A stretch of 48,547 nt of DNA, the filler included, from Jimgerdemannia flammicorona (taxonomy: Eukaryota): the NCBI GenBank assembly GCA_003990765.1. It is 2 parts of 2 records of this genome, joined end to end, with 100 filler letters (N's around TTAATTAATTAA, not from the genome) between each part and the next. Parts side by side here need not be neighbours in the genome. Positions count along the whole stretch, not along the records: positions 24,325 to 48,547 come from RBNJ01001005.1; 1 more part is not named here. One strand, given 5' to 3'. Position 1 is the stretch's first letter; each line of letters starts with the position of its first letter. The position numbers and the translations under genes are program-made. This document shows positions 35,707 through 47,662 of this stretch, one piece after another. A model generated the notes under the pieces. The model worked only from the letters and a program-made list of their open reading frames with translations. It did no database searches and had not been told where the DNA came from.

Positions 35707-36332
35707 CTACAAGGATTCTTCAATATCGTACTTGAAGCCTTCCTTTCCGCTTTTCCTCGCCTTATTCCTCATGGCCTTGCAATCCTGCTTCCTTCTCACG
35801 TACCCGGAATCCCTCCCCTTATCACCTCGGGTATGTCGGTTAGCCCACCACACTTCCTCGTTGCTCAACACAGCGCGGTGCAAGCGAACGGCGGCGACGC
35901 GACGGAGGTGATCATTGCGGCGACGGATGAACGGCGCGACTTGTCGCACGCGAGCTCGAGGCTGTCGTCCTCGTCGTTCGAGGCGGCAGGGGCGTTTGTG
36001 ACGGAGCCGGCGAAGAAGGACTCGGTATCGGAGTCGGAGTCGACGGAACGTCCGGCGCGACGATATTTGGGGCGGCCGAGCTCGTCGCGGAGTTCAAGCC
36101 AGGCGGAATACTCAGTCTTTATTACCGCGTCTTCGTGACTGGTCGATGAGGATGCGACAGTGTCTGCGCTGCCATTAGGCTTGCTGACACCTTGCTTCCT
36201 GCTGGGTTTACCGACGGAAACGGCTTGGTCGTCATCGTCATCGTTGTTGGAGTCATTTTGGAAGTCGTAGTCGAGGGGGTCTTGATATTGGTAGTTGTTA
36301 TTTATGGTGAGAGTTTCGAAGATCGAGGTCAT
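35707..36332 (-). CDS. Hypothetical acidic, low-complexity protein
   Basis: GC-rich 155-codon ORF 35865..36332 with a possible 48-nt in-frame intron (GTAAAC...CTAAT...CAG, about 36164-36211). A protein-like continuation in another frame runs to 35707. No family recognised. Confidence 0.45.
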
Positions 36333-36499
36333 ATGATTGGTGGCACTGAGAGGTGCGGTGGTGGTGATGGCGTTAATGCTGGCGGTTGTTGTAGTGGGAT
36401 AAGTTGAGGTGGAGGTTGAGGCGCACTGGTTGTAGAGATGGATGGAATGAGGATGTGTTATTTTACGGAATTTTCGGCATCGCCAAACTGGTGGTTGAA

Positions 36500-37504
36500 A
36501 TCGAGAATGTAAGGTGTAAAACCTTGTCTTTCTTCATAAACATGGGACGCCAGTCACCGAACCTTGGATGGTACTTGAGTTCATTCAGCCAGCTCTGTTG
36601 CCAAAGTTTGTGTAAATTGTTCTTTGCAATGTAGTGTCATTATCCAAAGCCTTCGCGAGTGTAGCTGAGGAAGGAACTTCAAATAACCTTAATTGGCCAA
36701 GCAATAATTTAAAAATATCATCTAGGTAATCAAAGCTATATGGATGCAGGAATCGACTGAGTCGTAAAGATCTTGAAAAATATCTGTTGCATTCCGTAGC
36801 CGCTCGCTGAGGTTGCTGATGAATTGGCCAACAGGCTCCATGCAGTTGTTGAAGACACCTCCAAGAGGACGAATCGACAATGGATGACCACCTGCAAGGC
36901 GACTAATATTCATTACATTGCTATCGTTGATGTCATTTAAACGTTGAGAAGCCCATTGCCGAAAGACCTGCATGCCATGTTGTTCTAAGCCATTCAACTC
37001 GACAAATCCTTCATTAGACCAGCCGAGTGCAATACTTGATGTTGCGAGAATTTTGATGTTCTTCGATATACGGTTGAAAAATCCAAATGAATATATCGCA
37101 TCCTTTCTGGTCGCCGAGTCCCCTTGTTCGGTTACGTGTTTGAGACATTCAACATTGCCAAGAAAAAATAGCATATCCCCCCCGCTTTCTAACTTGGCCA
37201 TCACTGCATTTTGTCGAAGCTTAGGATCTCGAAACATTTCAATGTCGATGTTAAGAAATCCGGCGATCATTGAGATTACTGAATCAGAGCTTGAGTTTCA
37301 TACAAGAGATATCACTAGTACTCTGCCAGAGTTGAAGTTCTTGACCGCTTGAATTTCCAATGCCGTTTTGTCAATCCCGCCGAAACTGCGAATGGTGATA
37401 TAGCGAATTTTCATGTCACTCAGTAGTTCTTCCAATTTTTGGAGCTCTTGCTGACGTCCAAAAAATTCTCCATATGTGTTGACGTTGCCAAAATCTACCT
37501 CCAT
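36500..37504 (-). pseudogene. STAND (NB-ARC-like) P-loop NTPase, disrupted
   Basis: FFGRQQEL, degenerate P-loop FGGIDKTAL, Walker B-like LFFLGNVE, ILATSS..LGW..E, GGHPLSI. Reading frame broken at about 37298; no introns evident. Confidence 0.8.
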
Positions 37505-37569
37505 TGCAAGTTGGTTCTCATTGCCGACTTTGGCTTGGTGAATGGAAATTATTATTATTTTTGTCAGTG

Positions 37570-39532
37570 AGCAATTCCTATTAGTTTCCCCCTGATCACA
37601 TTTTTATACCTCACCTGGCAAAGCATTTGAAAGCATGGATAATGCCTATAATTTTTTTAAATCGGAATTTTGATGACGATAGTGGTATAGTGAGTTTGCA
37701 TTGTTCCCAACAGTCATTGCTCAAGGAGAGGAAGAGACTACAACTCACCAGTAGGAGGTTCCGTCCTAATTATAAAGTGCGTCTTCTCCAGACCGACTCG
37801 CAAAGTTTCCATGGATTCCTTCATCGGACATATATATTTTTCGGCATTTTGCGGTAGACCGTTCGGGGATACATATGGGCTGGAGAGGCGTATCTGGTCC
37901 AGCAATTCATTTTTGCACAAGTGCACCAACGGAAGGAGCTTCATCTGCCGAAACTTCCGCTACGCATTGTCGCCGTTGCACCGGACCCCATCATCCTAGA
38001 TAATCCCATTACGAACCTTTCTGAGCGATCAGTTCCAGAATTTTATCAACAGCCACAACATCAACAACAAAAAAGTAATATTGGAGAGCGCGTTCCCACC
38101 AACCGTTGATCAAATGGATGCGTTGCTCATGAACAATCCCGAAACGGCCACAGCACTTTATTTCATGGGACACTGCGGGGAAAAGGACAATGAAAGAGCC
38201 CTCATATTCGAGCGTAATGAGACTGGCAAACACGAATTCGTTGATACTTTGCGCTTTCCAGCATGTCCCATCGCCTTCCTGTCCGCCTGCGACACTCGTG
38301 ATGTCTTACGAGTACGGCGTCCCGTACACCGTCGGTTCCAACTGCTCCTTGCTAGACGACCTCGCGCGCAAGTTCGAGTCCAAATTCTACCAATTTCTCA
38401 CCGGCGGTTGCACAGTCGAAATGGCGATGTGGAAGACGCGTGTATCCCTCCGGGATCACGACAACGTCCGGCAATCCCATTATTTTCCTGGAGCTATGGT
38501 GCTCTACTCGTCTGCGTTGTAGGAAGACGACGGCGTATTCAAGTGTGACGAGGGAAAGCGTACGATCAAGTGTGAAGAGGGAAAGCGCACGATCGAGTTG
38601 CACATGTCTCCCAACAATCTCGAGTCAATATTTCCCACGTCGACCTTTTTCGGACGTAAGAAAGAGCTTGTTGAGTTGAAAATCGTTTTGAGACGCATGG
38701 TAAATCGCAGCGAACAGTCTTGTCACATATTCACCCTTGAGGGTATTAACGGGGAGGGAAAGGCGGCATTGGCAATGGAACATTGAGACGGACGGCTCAT
38801 CTCTACCCCGGTGGGATCTTCGCTGGAAATTCGATCGCATGGGGATGTCGTTCATTGAATATTTTAGACGACTGGTTAAGGTCGTATTTCCGGAGGAGAT
38901 TCAGTCGTGATTGAACATTCAGAGTGGCGGTGGTGACGTTCAGCGCTTGGAAGAGGAAATCATCAAGGAATTCGTCGGTTATTCAACGTGTTTGTTGCCC
39001 CTCGATCATGCCGATACCTTGAAGCGTGCAGAAGCGGGTAGTGAGGAAGCTATGAAGTTAGGAGCATGGCTTCGGAAAATTGCATCAACGTTGAATATCG
39101 CAGTCAAATCCTTGCAACATCAAGTGAGCCTCTAGGGTGGAATGGTGAGCTAACAATACATCTCGAAGGTTTAACTGATTTGGACATTGACAGGCGTTGA
39201 GTTGTCATGCGAAAGCTCGATGCTAAAGTAAGGCAGAGGATGGAAAAGGAGAAAAACGCCACGCAGTTGCTGCAGGATCTCGTTAGAGTTGTAGATGGAC
39301 ATCGATGTGTTCTCTCTTCACCGGACCAATCACAGAAAAGGTGCTCACGTTCATACGTTATTTTGTCGACTTCGCTGGTTCATTATCAGAAAGTGTTGAT
39401 TCTAGTATTGAGAACCTGCAGCAACTATGCGACACTAATTTATTATTGAAAACCGGTGATGAATACAAGATCCACGTCGTTCTTAAGGAAGTTGTGAGAC
39501 AGTGTAATTCTGCCGATAATCGACTTATATGA
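37570..39532 (+). pseudogene. CHAT (caspase-like protease) - STAND NTPase gene, frameshifted
   Basis: CHAT motifs YFMGHCG (His 38171-38173), FLSACDT (Cys 38288-38290), GVPYTVG...DDLARKFESKFYQFL..G...AMWKTR..L...VLY. Then FFGRKKEL, P-loop EGINGEGKAALA, LLPLDHADTL, ILATSSEPLGWNGE, VDGH. Confidence 0.83.
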
Positions 39533-41014
39533 TGAGACATTTGTAATTGGCATTGCCAAGGCAACTAAGCGGTGAGTAGTGCAGTCATTTGATTCTCCTC
39601 TATGCACTTTTTTTTCTGATTTTCACCGCAGGAAATTCCATGGTGTTTGAATGGCAACTCTGAAGTATCCAAGACCACACCTGTATTGACATTGTTGACA
39701 TTCCTGGCATCAGAGGCCACAAACTTGAAAAAGATGACATGCAGAAGCAAGTGTTATATGATGGATTGGTTGTATTCAGACGTAATGCATCCAAAATTCT
39801 CCATGCTAGATTTAAGTTCGGCATGGAGCACATCATACCGATCGTGACAGAAACAAAATCGCCGTTTATTCTGTGTTTGCATCATACCGACGCTGAGTTC
39901 GAGAGGATGATTTCGAGGTCACGGTCGCCACAGGGCCCGACCTTGAGGCGGTGTTATTTCCTTTAGCCGCTGCCGGGCGGAACTGAGCTCGTCTGTCGAG
40001 AAGAGGGCGTTAAACAACGTCTTGCCATAGTTTCTGAGGTGTCTCGGCAGGGGGCACCAGATTTTAGGTATTGCTTTGAAGGCGAGTCCTGATATATATA
40101 TATGCCTTTCAGACAGAACCGCGGGATATATTTATTCCAATGTGATGCCTAATTTGGCGCTTGTATTAACGGGTTAATCATATTTTGTGGCTCTCGGACA
40201 TGATGACCCCATGAATCCGGGCCATACAAGATGCCGTTCTACTCAAATCGAATGATACGTGGCACTACGAGCTGGGCTGCGAGAAGACGGCCCGACAATT
40301 ACAAACGTAGTGGTGCTGCGAATTATTTATGGTTCTGTTCAGATTAAAGCGTTCCTATATGTTTTTTACTTGGATGACATCCTTTGCGGATCCAAGCTGA
40401 GCAATGTCCAAGTTTTGAAGATACAGCGACGACATAGATCAAGGGTTTATTTTTCCATCGCAAATGCTCCATTTTCAATAACCAAGGGACGTCGATGGCT
40501 CAATACTTCCACAATATTTTTGTAGTCGACAGGACGACTCAAACAACACGTTTCCTCACGAGCTACATTTCACGCGAGCCAAGAAACCACCTGGTAAGGC
40601 GGCCCGGCCCGCTGATCTTCTTGCGGAAGTCAGACGACTCGGCGTCGACATGATAGGCAAGATGACGACAGCGCAAATCAATAAAATGTACGTGATGTGA
40701 TGATTTGATACAGACGAGAGAAAGCCTCTAACTCGAGTCGAAAAAGCCATATTGGGTTTGAAAGATCCAAACAACGAAGCGGGGGTTGCTGAAAAATGAG
40801 GTAGTGAGGATCATCTAGAACTTTGTTCCGCTCAAACGCTCGCACTTATGTTTCCCAAGACAGGGGTACGATGTTTCATACGTATATCCCGACCCATATG
40901 CTTTGATGGGTCTTTGAAGAGTTTAAATCAACCTAGATAAAGTCGTTGATCATGAAGCTTGCCAAAGGTCTAATCACTAAGCGCCATGTCGCGTTGCAAA
41001 GAAGCCTGACAGAG

Positions 41015-41050
<36 letters not shown>

Positions 41051-41433
41051 CATGATGTAAATACTACGTGCTGAACTTATTCTGGTTATTGTAAAAATGC
41101 ATCGAGATTGATTACATTTACAAGAAGATACGGTGTGTTGTGGAACCATCGAGGCAACGGTAAGTAATCAGGGCCCATTGAAATCATACTGCCCTTTGAA
41201 TCTCAGCAGGCGACGTGTTACATTCTTCATTTGAATGATGATCATCGCGGCAAACAGTTTGTGCAAACTGTGGTGCATAGAGTGGTTCTTCTCAACAAAG
41301 AGAGAGCGTGGTGGATGAAGGAAGATTATGGTCAAACATATAAAAGGGCTGGTCCAATACTTTTATACTTTCATTATTCCTCCTCCCCTTCCTCCACTTT
41401 TCTATCACATCAAAAAATTTAAAGCAAATAAAC

Positions 41434-41955
41434 ATGAACTCTCGCGTAATCCTCCTCCTCCTCGCCATCGTCACTCTCATGTCTCTTCCATCCGTTCAGG
41501 CTACTCCTGACGAAGCCCAAAATGTCGTCCCATCCGGCGCGTACCCGGAAACCGTTGCGTCCGATAAACCGGCTCTCCAAGCAGCAGAATCCGCCGCATC
41601 CTCCGAGACAACATCTCCTGCTAGCACCCAGGACGCTTCGAAGTCCGCGGCCGAAACCCCGGAGCTCCAACTTTTGAACGAGCGCGATGAGGTGGCTGCC
41701 GTAACCTCCGAACGCACACCGCCGATTGACATTCAGGCCCAGGGCGCCGTCCCAATTGCGTCCGGAACACCGGAGCTGCAAGACCAACCTCGCGCTACCA
41801 GCCCGTCGGCCGACACTCAGAGCGCGTCCGGAACACCGGAACCACAGGATCTACGTCCCGCTACCACCCCGTCGGCGGATGCCCAGGAAGCCGACCTGTC
41901 CGCGTCGAACAAACCAGCACTTCAGCACCCCAACGAGCGCGGCTACTACTACTAA
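41434..41955 (+). CDS. Small secreted protein (173 aa) with internal A/S/T/P/E repeats
   Basis: Clear signal peptide MNSRVILLLLAIVTLMSLPSVQA. GC-rich intronless ORF. TATAAAAG at about 41338. Repeats AS(D/N)KPALQ x2, TPE(L/P)Q x3, PSAD x2, NER x2. Confidence 0.8.
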   Translation: MNSRVILLLLAIVTLMSLPSVQATPDEAQNVVPSGAYPETVASDKPALQAAESAASSETTSPASTQDASKSAAETPELQLLNERDEVAAVTSERTPPIDIQAQGAVPIASGTPELQDQPRATSPSADTQSASGTPEPQDLRPATTPSADAQEADLSASNKPALQHPNERGYYY

Positions 41956-42258
41956 AGGAGCAACTAGCAACCACCGACGCAAAGGGCAAGTCGTGAGCGA
42001 ACCTGTTATGGCACAAAAACGGTTTGCTAATACGCTGAAAGATGTTGTATTGGAAATAGAATCAGCTAGCGAGTAATGATGTAGCAACGCAGAAATGTTA
42101 TATAATATATATAATTATATATACATGAATCGGTAGGTGACTTGGGGGGTGACGGAAGTCACGTGTGGCAGATGTCAGATCACATTTTGCCTGCAGCTTC
42201 GAATAAGTATATATCTCGCTTTCGTTCCATATTATCAGGATCCCTCTCCAACTTGACC

Positions 42259-43287
42259 ATGGCTTCTCCTACCACTCTCCCCGCACCGCACTTCCTCACC
42301 AAATTTTATTCTCTTACGCCGCCCGAGCAACGAGCCCTACTCCTCCAAAAGTTCTACGCCCTCTCCCAGCTTGAAGGGGAACGCCTCCGCCGCGCTACGG
42401 ACTCCGCCGACCCCTTCTCCCTCTGCGTAGGCCTCACCCGTAGCATCCAGAACCGCAATCGCTACATGAATGTCATCCCCTTTGACCGCAACCGCATCGC
42501 CCTCCGTGCCACTGCCCTCACCGCCCCGGATTCAACCACACACCCAGACTACATAAACGCCTCCCTCATCGACCCGGCCATCCTCGGCCTCTCCAGCCGC
42601 AAGTGCATCGTCACCCAAGGTCCTCTCGACTTTCCTCCGAACCCCACCGTAGGTGACTTCTGGCTCATGGCCTGGGAACAGCACTCTCCGGTCATTGTAT
42701 GCCTCACCCGCGTCGAAGTCGGGTGCGCCAGGTACTGGCCCGCCGGCATGGACGAGGATGTCAAGGAGTGGGAGACGAGCGTGGGAGGCGTGCGTATGCG
42801 CGTTCGGCTTGTGAGCACGCCAAGCGTTCACCAGGACGCCGATTGCGAGATCCGAAAGTTGTGGGTCGAGCCCGTTGATTCCGCTCTAGGAAAGGGAAGG
42901 GAGATTATCCATCTCGCTTGCTTTGGATGGCCCGACCACGGCGTCCCAGAGAACGCTAAACACGTGCTGAGTCTTATACGGTTGATGCACGAGCTCGAGG
43001 CCGAATGTACAGGCAAGGTTGGTGGTATCGCCGAGCCAGGCCCGACTATCGTGCACTGTAGTGCTGGATGCGGTCGTACGGGAATCTTTTGTACGATCGA
43101 CAACGTGTGGCGATTGTTGGAGAAGCGTGCAACTGCGGTGGAAAATGATGACGGGCGAGATTTGGTGTACGAAGTAGTTGATATGCTTAGGCAGCAGCGG
43201 AAGACCATGGTTGAAGCGCCGCATCAGTATGAGTTCTGCTATCGTGCCTTGGGGTCCTTGATGGGGTTGGAGAGAAGCGGTAAGTGA
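42259..43287 (+). CDS. Classical non-receptor protein tyrosine phosphatase (intronless)
   Basis: NRNRY, YINAS, TQGP, DFWLMAWE, WPDHGVP, VHCSAGCGRTG, QYEFCY. Likely start is ACCATGG at 42259 rather than the upstream ORF start. Confidence 0.95.
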   Translation: MASPTTLPAPHFLTKFYSLTPPEQRALLLQKFYALSQLEGERLRRATDSADPFSLCVGLTRSIQNRNRYMNVIPFDRNRIALRATALTAPDSTTHPDYINASLIDPAILGLSSRKCIVTQGPLDFPPNPTVGDFWLMAWEQHSPVIVCLTRVEVGCARYWPAGMDEDVKEWETSVGGVRMRVRLVSTPSVHQDADCEIRKLWVEPVDSALGKGREIIHLACFGWPDHGVPENAKHVLSLIRLMHELEAECTGKVGGIAEPGPTIVHCSAGCGRTGIFCTIDNVWRLLEKRATAVENDDGRDLVYEVVDMLRQQRKTMVEAPHQYEFCYRALGSLMGLERSGK

Positions 43288-43805
43288 GCTTGGGAAGGGA
43301 GAGGGAGGGCAAAATGATGATGGAACAGAAAGGTGGAAGATTGCCGGTTTGGCCATGAGGATGTCTATGTTATATGTGGGAAACTGTATTGTTGTAGGGA
43401 TCGCTTGGTAATTCATTGTGTGTAAGTCGAAATACTTCCTCTCGATTGCGGAATAGGAATTGCCTTGGCACTGGTCATAAATTGATGTGTCAGCGCAGCA
43501 CATACACGGGCCCGCAGACTAAACTTCGGGGAGAGGGAGGAGCAGGGGATGTCGTTTTCAGCGAATGGGGCGGCGAGTTAATTACACGGTACTCCGTTAA
43601 GGCGAAGCGATCAACAAATAACACTTAATACTTCGATAATTCAAACTGCACTGGCATGACAACTTACAGAATGATGTTTTACCCTTAATACCCGAGACTA
43701 TCTGTACATCCCGAAATTGCGATGAGAATACCACCTCGGCAGTACCTTACCATCGTGTAAGAATGAACCCGATCTGTGCAGCCAGTGCATGTAGTAAGAT
43801 TCTAT

Positions 43806-43838
<33 letters not shown>

Positions 43839-44406
43839 AAAAAAAACACAGATTTTTACTATGCTACGCTGCAATTCACTGATCTCAACCCCTGTCACAC
43901 ATGCCATCCTCTCTTCAACCTTCCAACTTCGAAAGACTTTTCCCCAGGAAGTGGTGGTGGTAGAGGCCATTCATATATGCGCTCACAAAACGACGGATGT
44001 AGGTATGCTACCACCGACAGTTCAAGCCTACTTGTATATATCCGCCAATAGATATTGGGAACTGCGAAGCGCACAGTGAAGCGATCTGCCTACCAATCGA
44101 ACGTCTTGTCTGACGGATTGAGTAGGGCCGTTTAGGGAGTTGTATATGAATGCGGTTTGCAGTTTAGGTATATGCGAGGGCGAATTGGAATTATGTTCAT
44201 AGACAATTTTTGTCTAGCCGCCAATTAATTATTAGAAATTTGTTCGATGTTAGCTTAACCAAATAGAAAAAAATAACTCAAACACAATGAACAACATTTG
44301 TTTTCAATAATTTTGTTATTTATGTATGCTTTGGAAAAATGTGATCAAATAATGTTCTTTTTGACATTGTGCAAAAAGCTAAAAAGAATGCCTGACTTAA
44401 GCCGGC

Positions 44407-45305
44407 TTAATATCTAGGATGAAAGTCGACAATCAAATTAACGGGCTCTAGGCTGCCCAACTTCTTGGGGTTGAGCTTGAGGCCATCGCGATGAATCGAA
44501 TCCACGGGCAGGGACCATTCGTATTTGCGGACTAAGAAATATGTCCATTAGAGGTTGTTGCGTGACTTGTATTTTTTTCAGCAAAGCGACGACACCCACA
44601 TGAAAAAGGAAAGAAACTTACGGAGCATAGAGAGAACGACCTTTTGTTCAGCCAAGCTAAAGTTCATACCAATGCATTGCCTAGCGCCATTGCTGAACGG
44701 GATCCAAGCATAACTCGCGCCGTTCCCGCTGCCCATCTTGGCCTCGTTCTCACCTCCCTCGGCGAACCTCTCGGGGTCGAAACGATTGGGGTCAGTCCAA
44801 TTCAGGGGGCTGTGGTGCATGGCATATATATCGATAGTGACAAGAGAGCCTTTGGGGATGACGTACGGGCCAAGCTCGACATCGCTGGTCGTTTGGCGCG
44901 GAGTCACGCCGCTCGCAGGAGGGCAAAGTCGCATGGTCTGTTACAGAAACGCCTGAAGGTTAGTAAAGGGCTTTAGGATATATTGCGGACAAAACCGATC
45001 CGTCGGCTTACCTCTTTCATGACCTGAATGATATACTTGAATTGCTTTGTCTGTTCAATATCAGGGAAGACATCTTCAGGTGCGTCACTAAGGATTGCGA
45101 TGGCTTCTTCGCGGGCCCTTTGTTGGCAGTCCTACATATTATCATATTGAAGATCGTTGAGCAAACCAGAATGGCAATTTTTTTTTTTTCCGTTAAAATT
45201 GTGAGAAAACTCACCTTATTCGTAGCGAGGTAGTAAATGGCCGAGGAGAGTGCATTTGTAGTCGTGCTGTGGCCTAATTCATGTTAAAGTGTAATGTCTA
45301 TTGTC

Positions 45306-45355
<50 letters not shown>

Positions 45356-46933
45356 CGTTTCCGATTCATTATGGTGATAAGTCCATTAAAAGTAATACAA
45401 TAATACTGTGTATAACTTACCCGCAGCAAAGAAGATCGCAAGATTGTCCTAAGAAAGTGAAAAGAAGACAGGTTGTCAAGATGCTATTTTAACTTGAACG
45501 CAAAAATGCATTCTTTCTGTGGAACATACCCTCAATTCCGAATCACTTAGCCCCTTGCCTTCCTGCTCTGTAAGGTTTGCCTCAATCATCAAGGTCAGCA
45601 GGTCCTTCTCGTTATCAGCTACAAAAGTTTCCTCGTACTCTTTCTGCTCGATGGCTTGTTTCTTCTTCCCAATAACCTCCATGAATAGCTTGTCCAGCTG
45701 GTACATTTTTTGGTGCAGATTGCGTCGATGCTGGAACGCCCACAGGAAGCGCTGCTCCAGCACGGGGAAGAGGAGAAAAAGCGGGACTGAGGTGCCCGCG
45801 CTGATGTCGCCGTAGATCTTGGTCCACTTGCTCTCAGTGTCGTCGATAGACTGGAGTGATGGAGAAGTCCGAGGAAATGTGTGAGAGAGCGAAATCGTGA
45901 GGCGAATCATAGTATAACGGACTAGTGTATGAACTTACGTTGAAGTCGAATCCAAAACCTGCCTTTCCGATGGCGTCAAGGGAGAAACTATGCGACGAAT
46001 ATGAAATCTGATTGAGTATACAGATCCAAGCAGATGTCAAAGGCGAAATTTTATGATTAATACCGTTGCAAATAATCGTGGACGTCGACGCGATTTCCGT
46101 CGGCTTCAAACTTTTTAAAAAGCGCTTGCGTAAGGGCGCCAAAAAGCTGAACGGGCATGGAACGGTGGAATGCTGAACATTGATTGCGAAATCATATTGT
46201 TAGAAGAGCAAAAAGGAATTCGTTTGCACATACGCGACGGAAATCTATTAAGACCAACTTACCAGGATTGGCAATCTTACGGTGCCTCTTCCAATGATCG
46301 CCATTCTGGAAAACAATATTGCTCCTGCCGAAAAGGCGAGCAGTTAGGCTACTATTCTCCGCGTCGGTTGAGAACATCTCGACTTTTGGGAACGTCTCTA
46401 TTAATGCGAAATATGAAGCATACAACATATATTGAGCGGGAAATTTCGAAGAATATTGTCTTCCCATGAACGAATGCGGATTGATTCATAAACCTCACCA
46501 AGACGCATCAACACCTTCTTGGTGTACTCAGGGTTGGCAATCGAGATCAACCATTTACCAGCCATCATTCTCTAAATGTCGGACAATAAAATTGTGATGA
46601 TCGTCAGGACTGAGCAGAACAGTATTCTATGAAACAATAATTCAAACTTATATTTACCACAAGAATGCCATGGTCACCATATGCGGGGAGGTACAGTTGT
46701 TTCTGAGTAATATCTATAGTCTCGCCCCGCCACATGGCTGCACCAGTCTTCGAAAACGGGATGTTGGGGAGGTGCCTCAGCTGTCGGGGCACAGTGAATT
46801 TGCCGTATAAGTAATAAACGGCTGTAGCTGTCACCGCAGCGGCAATGTAACCAGCGTATGCGCCATAGTCAGCGCTGAGAGTTGTGAGGTTTTCCTGAGA
46901 CGCAACAATGAGGTCGACGATATGCTGAGACAT
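44407..46933 (-). CDS. Cytochrome P450 (multi-exon)
   Basis: N-terminal membrane anchor, C-helix WKRHRK, I-helix AAGHSTTT (spliced via a 28-nt exon at 45421-45448), ETMR, FDPERF, heme motif FSNGARQCIG. Stop at 44407-44409. Confidence 0.95.
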
Positions 46934-47157
46934 GTGCTGCTGTGTGGGTTGTTGGTAATGATATTAAACACTGATTGTTTCTGGCTTGTCTTTGTTGCTC
47001 TGCTTTGTTGTTGTTTTTTTATTTTAATAAAGCTTCGAAGAAGAAGGGGTTTTTTATAGAAAACCTTCTGCAGTTGCTCAGCACACTTCGACCGGGTCGC
47101 GGCTGTTACTTTCCGGTCCGGTGGGATTTAAATTTCGAGTATGCACATCACATGACT

Positions 47158-47232
47158 GCCGAGGCCGTGGTTCCGAGATGCCGAGGCCGTGGTTCCGAGA
47201 TGCCGAGGTGCCGAGGTGCCGAAGTTCCGAAA
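47158..47232. repeat. Short GC-rich tandem repeat (GCCGAGG / TTCCGAGAT units) upstream of the P450
   Basis: GCCGAGGCCGTGGTTCCGAGAT x2 followed by GCCGAGGT x2. Confidence 0.8.
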
Positions 47233-47572
47233 TGCGTTGGTTTTTGACAATCCCGAGTTCAGTATATACATTTATTGTACACATTTCAATATTTTATTAC
47301 GAAACCGACTGTTATTGTACCTTGACCTTTCGTACGAAGATATTATTCTCAAATCCTCGCAACGAAAAGGTGGTACAGAGTGAAGTGTCATTTCTCGAGC
47401 AAACCGTATCATAACTGTCGGACGGAAGATTTTCGACTACCATACATTGAGTAACATTTGAGTACCCAAATCATACATTTAAGTACATGTGTGCCATGTA
47501 TGCGATGTAGTTTTATGGCGAAGTCACCGAGACGGTTTTACGACGTCCGGGCGAATAAAGGCTCTGTAGGGA

Positions 47573-47609
<37 letters not shown>

Positions 47610-47630
47610 CGGTTTTGGGGAAAGGTTTAA

Positions 47631-47662
<32 letters not shown>

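Noticed and set aside
39565..40800. Short ORFs downstream of the CHAT-STAND locus as a gasdermin or other effector
   Set aside because: No recognisable motif and fragmented frames; an HMM search would be needed.
41434..46933. Biosynthetic cluster (peptide precursor + P450 + S28 peptidase)
   Set aside because: Only loose proximity; an unrelated phosphatase intervenes, and no repeated core peptides or known RiPP maturases are visible.
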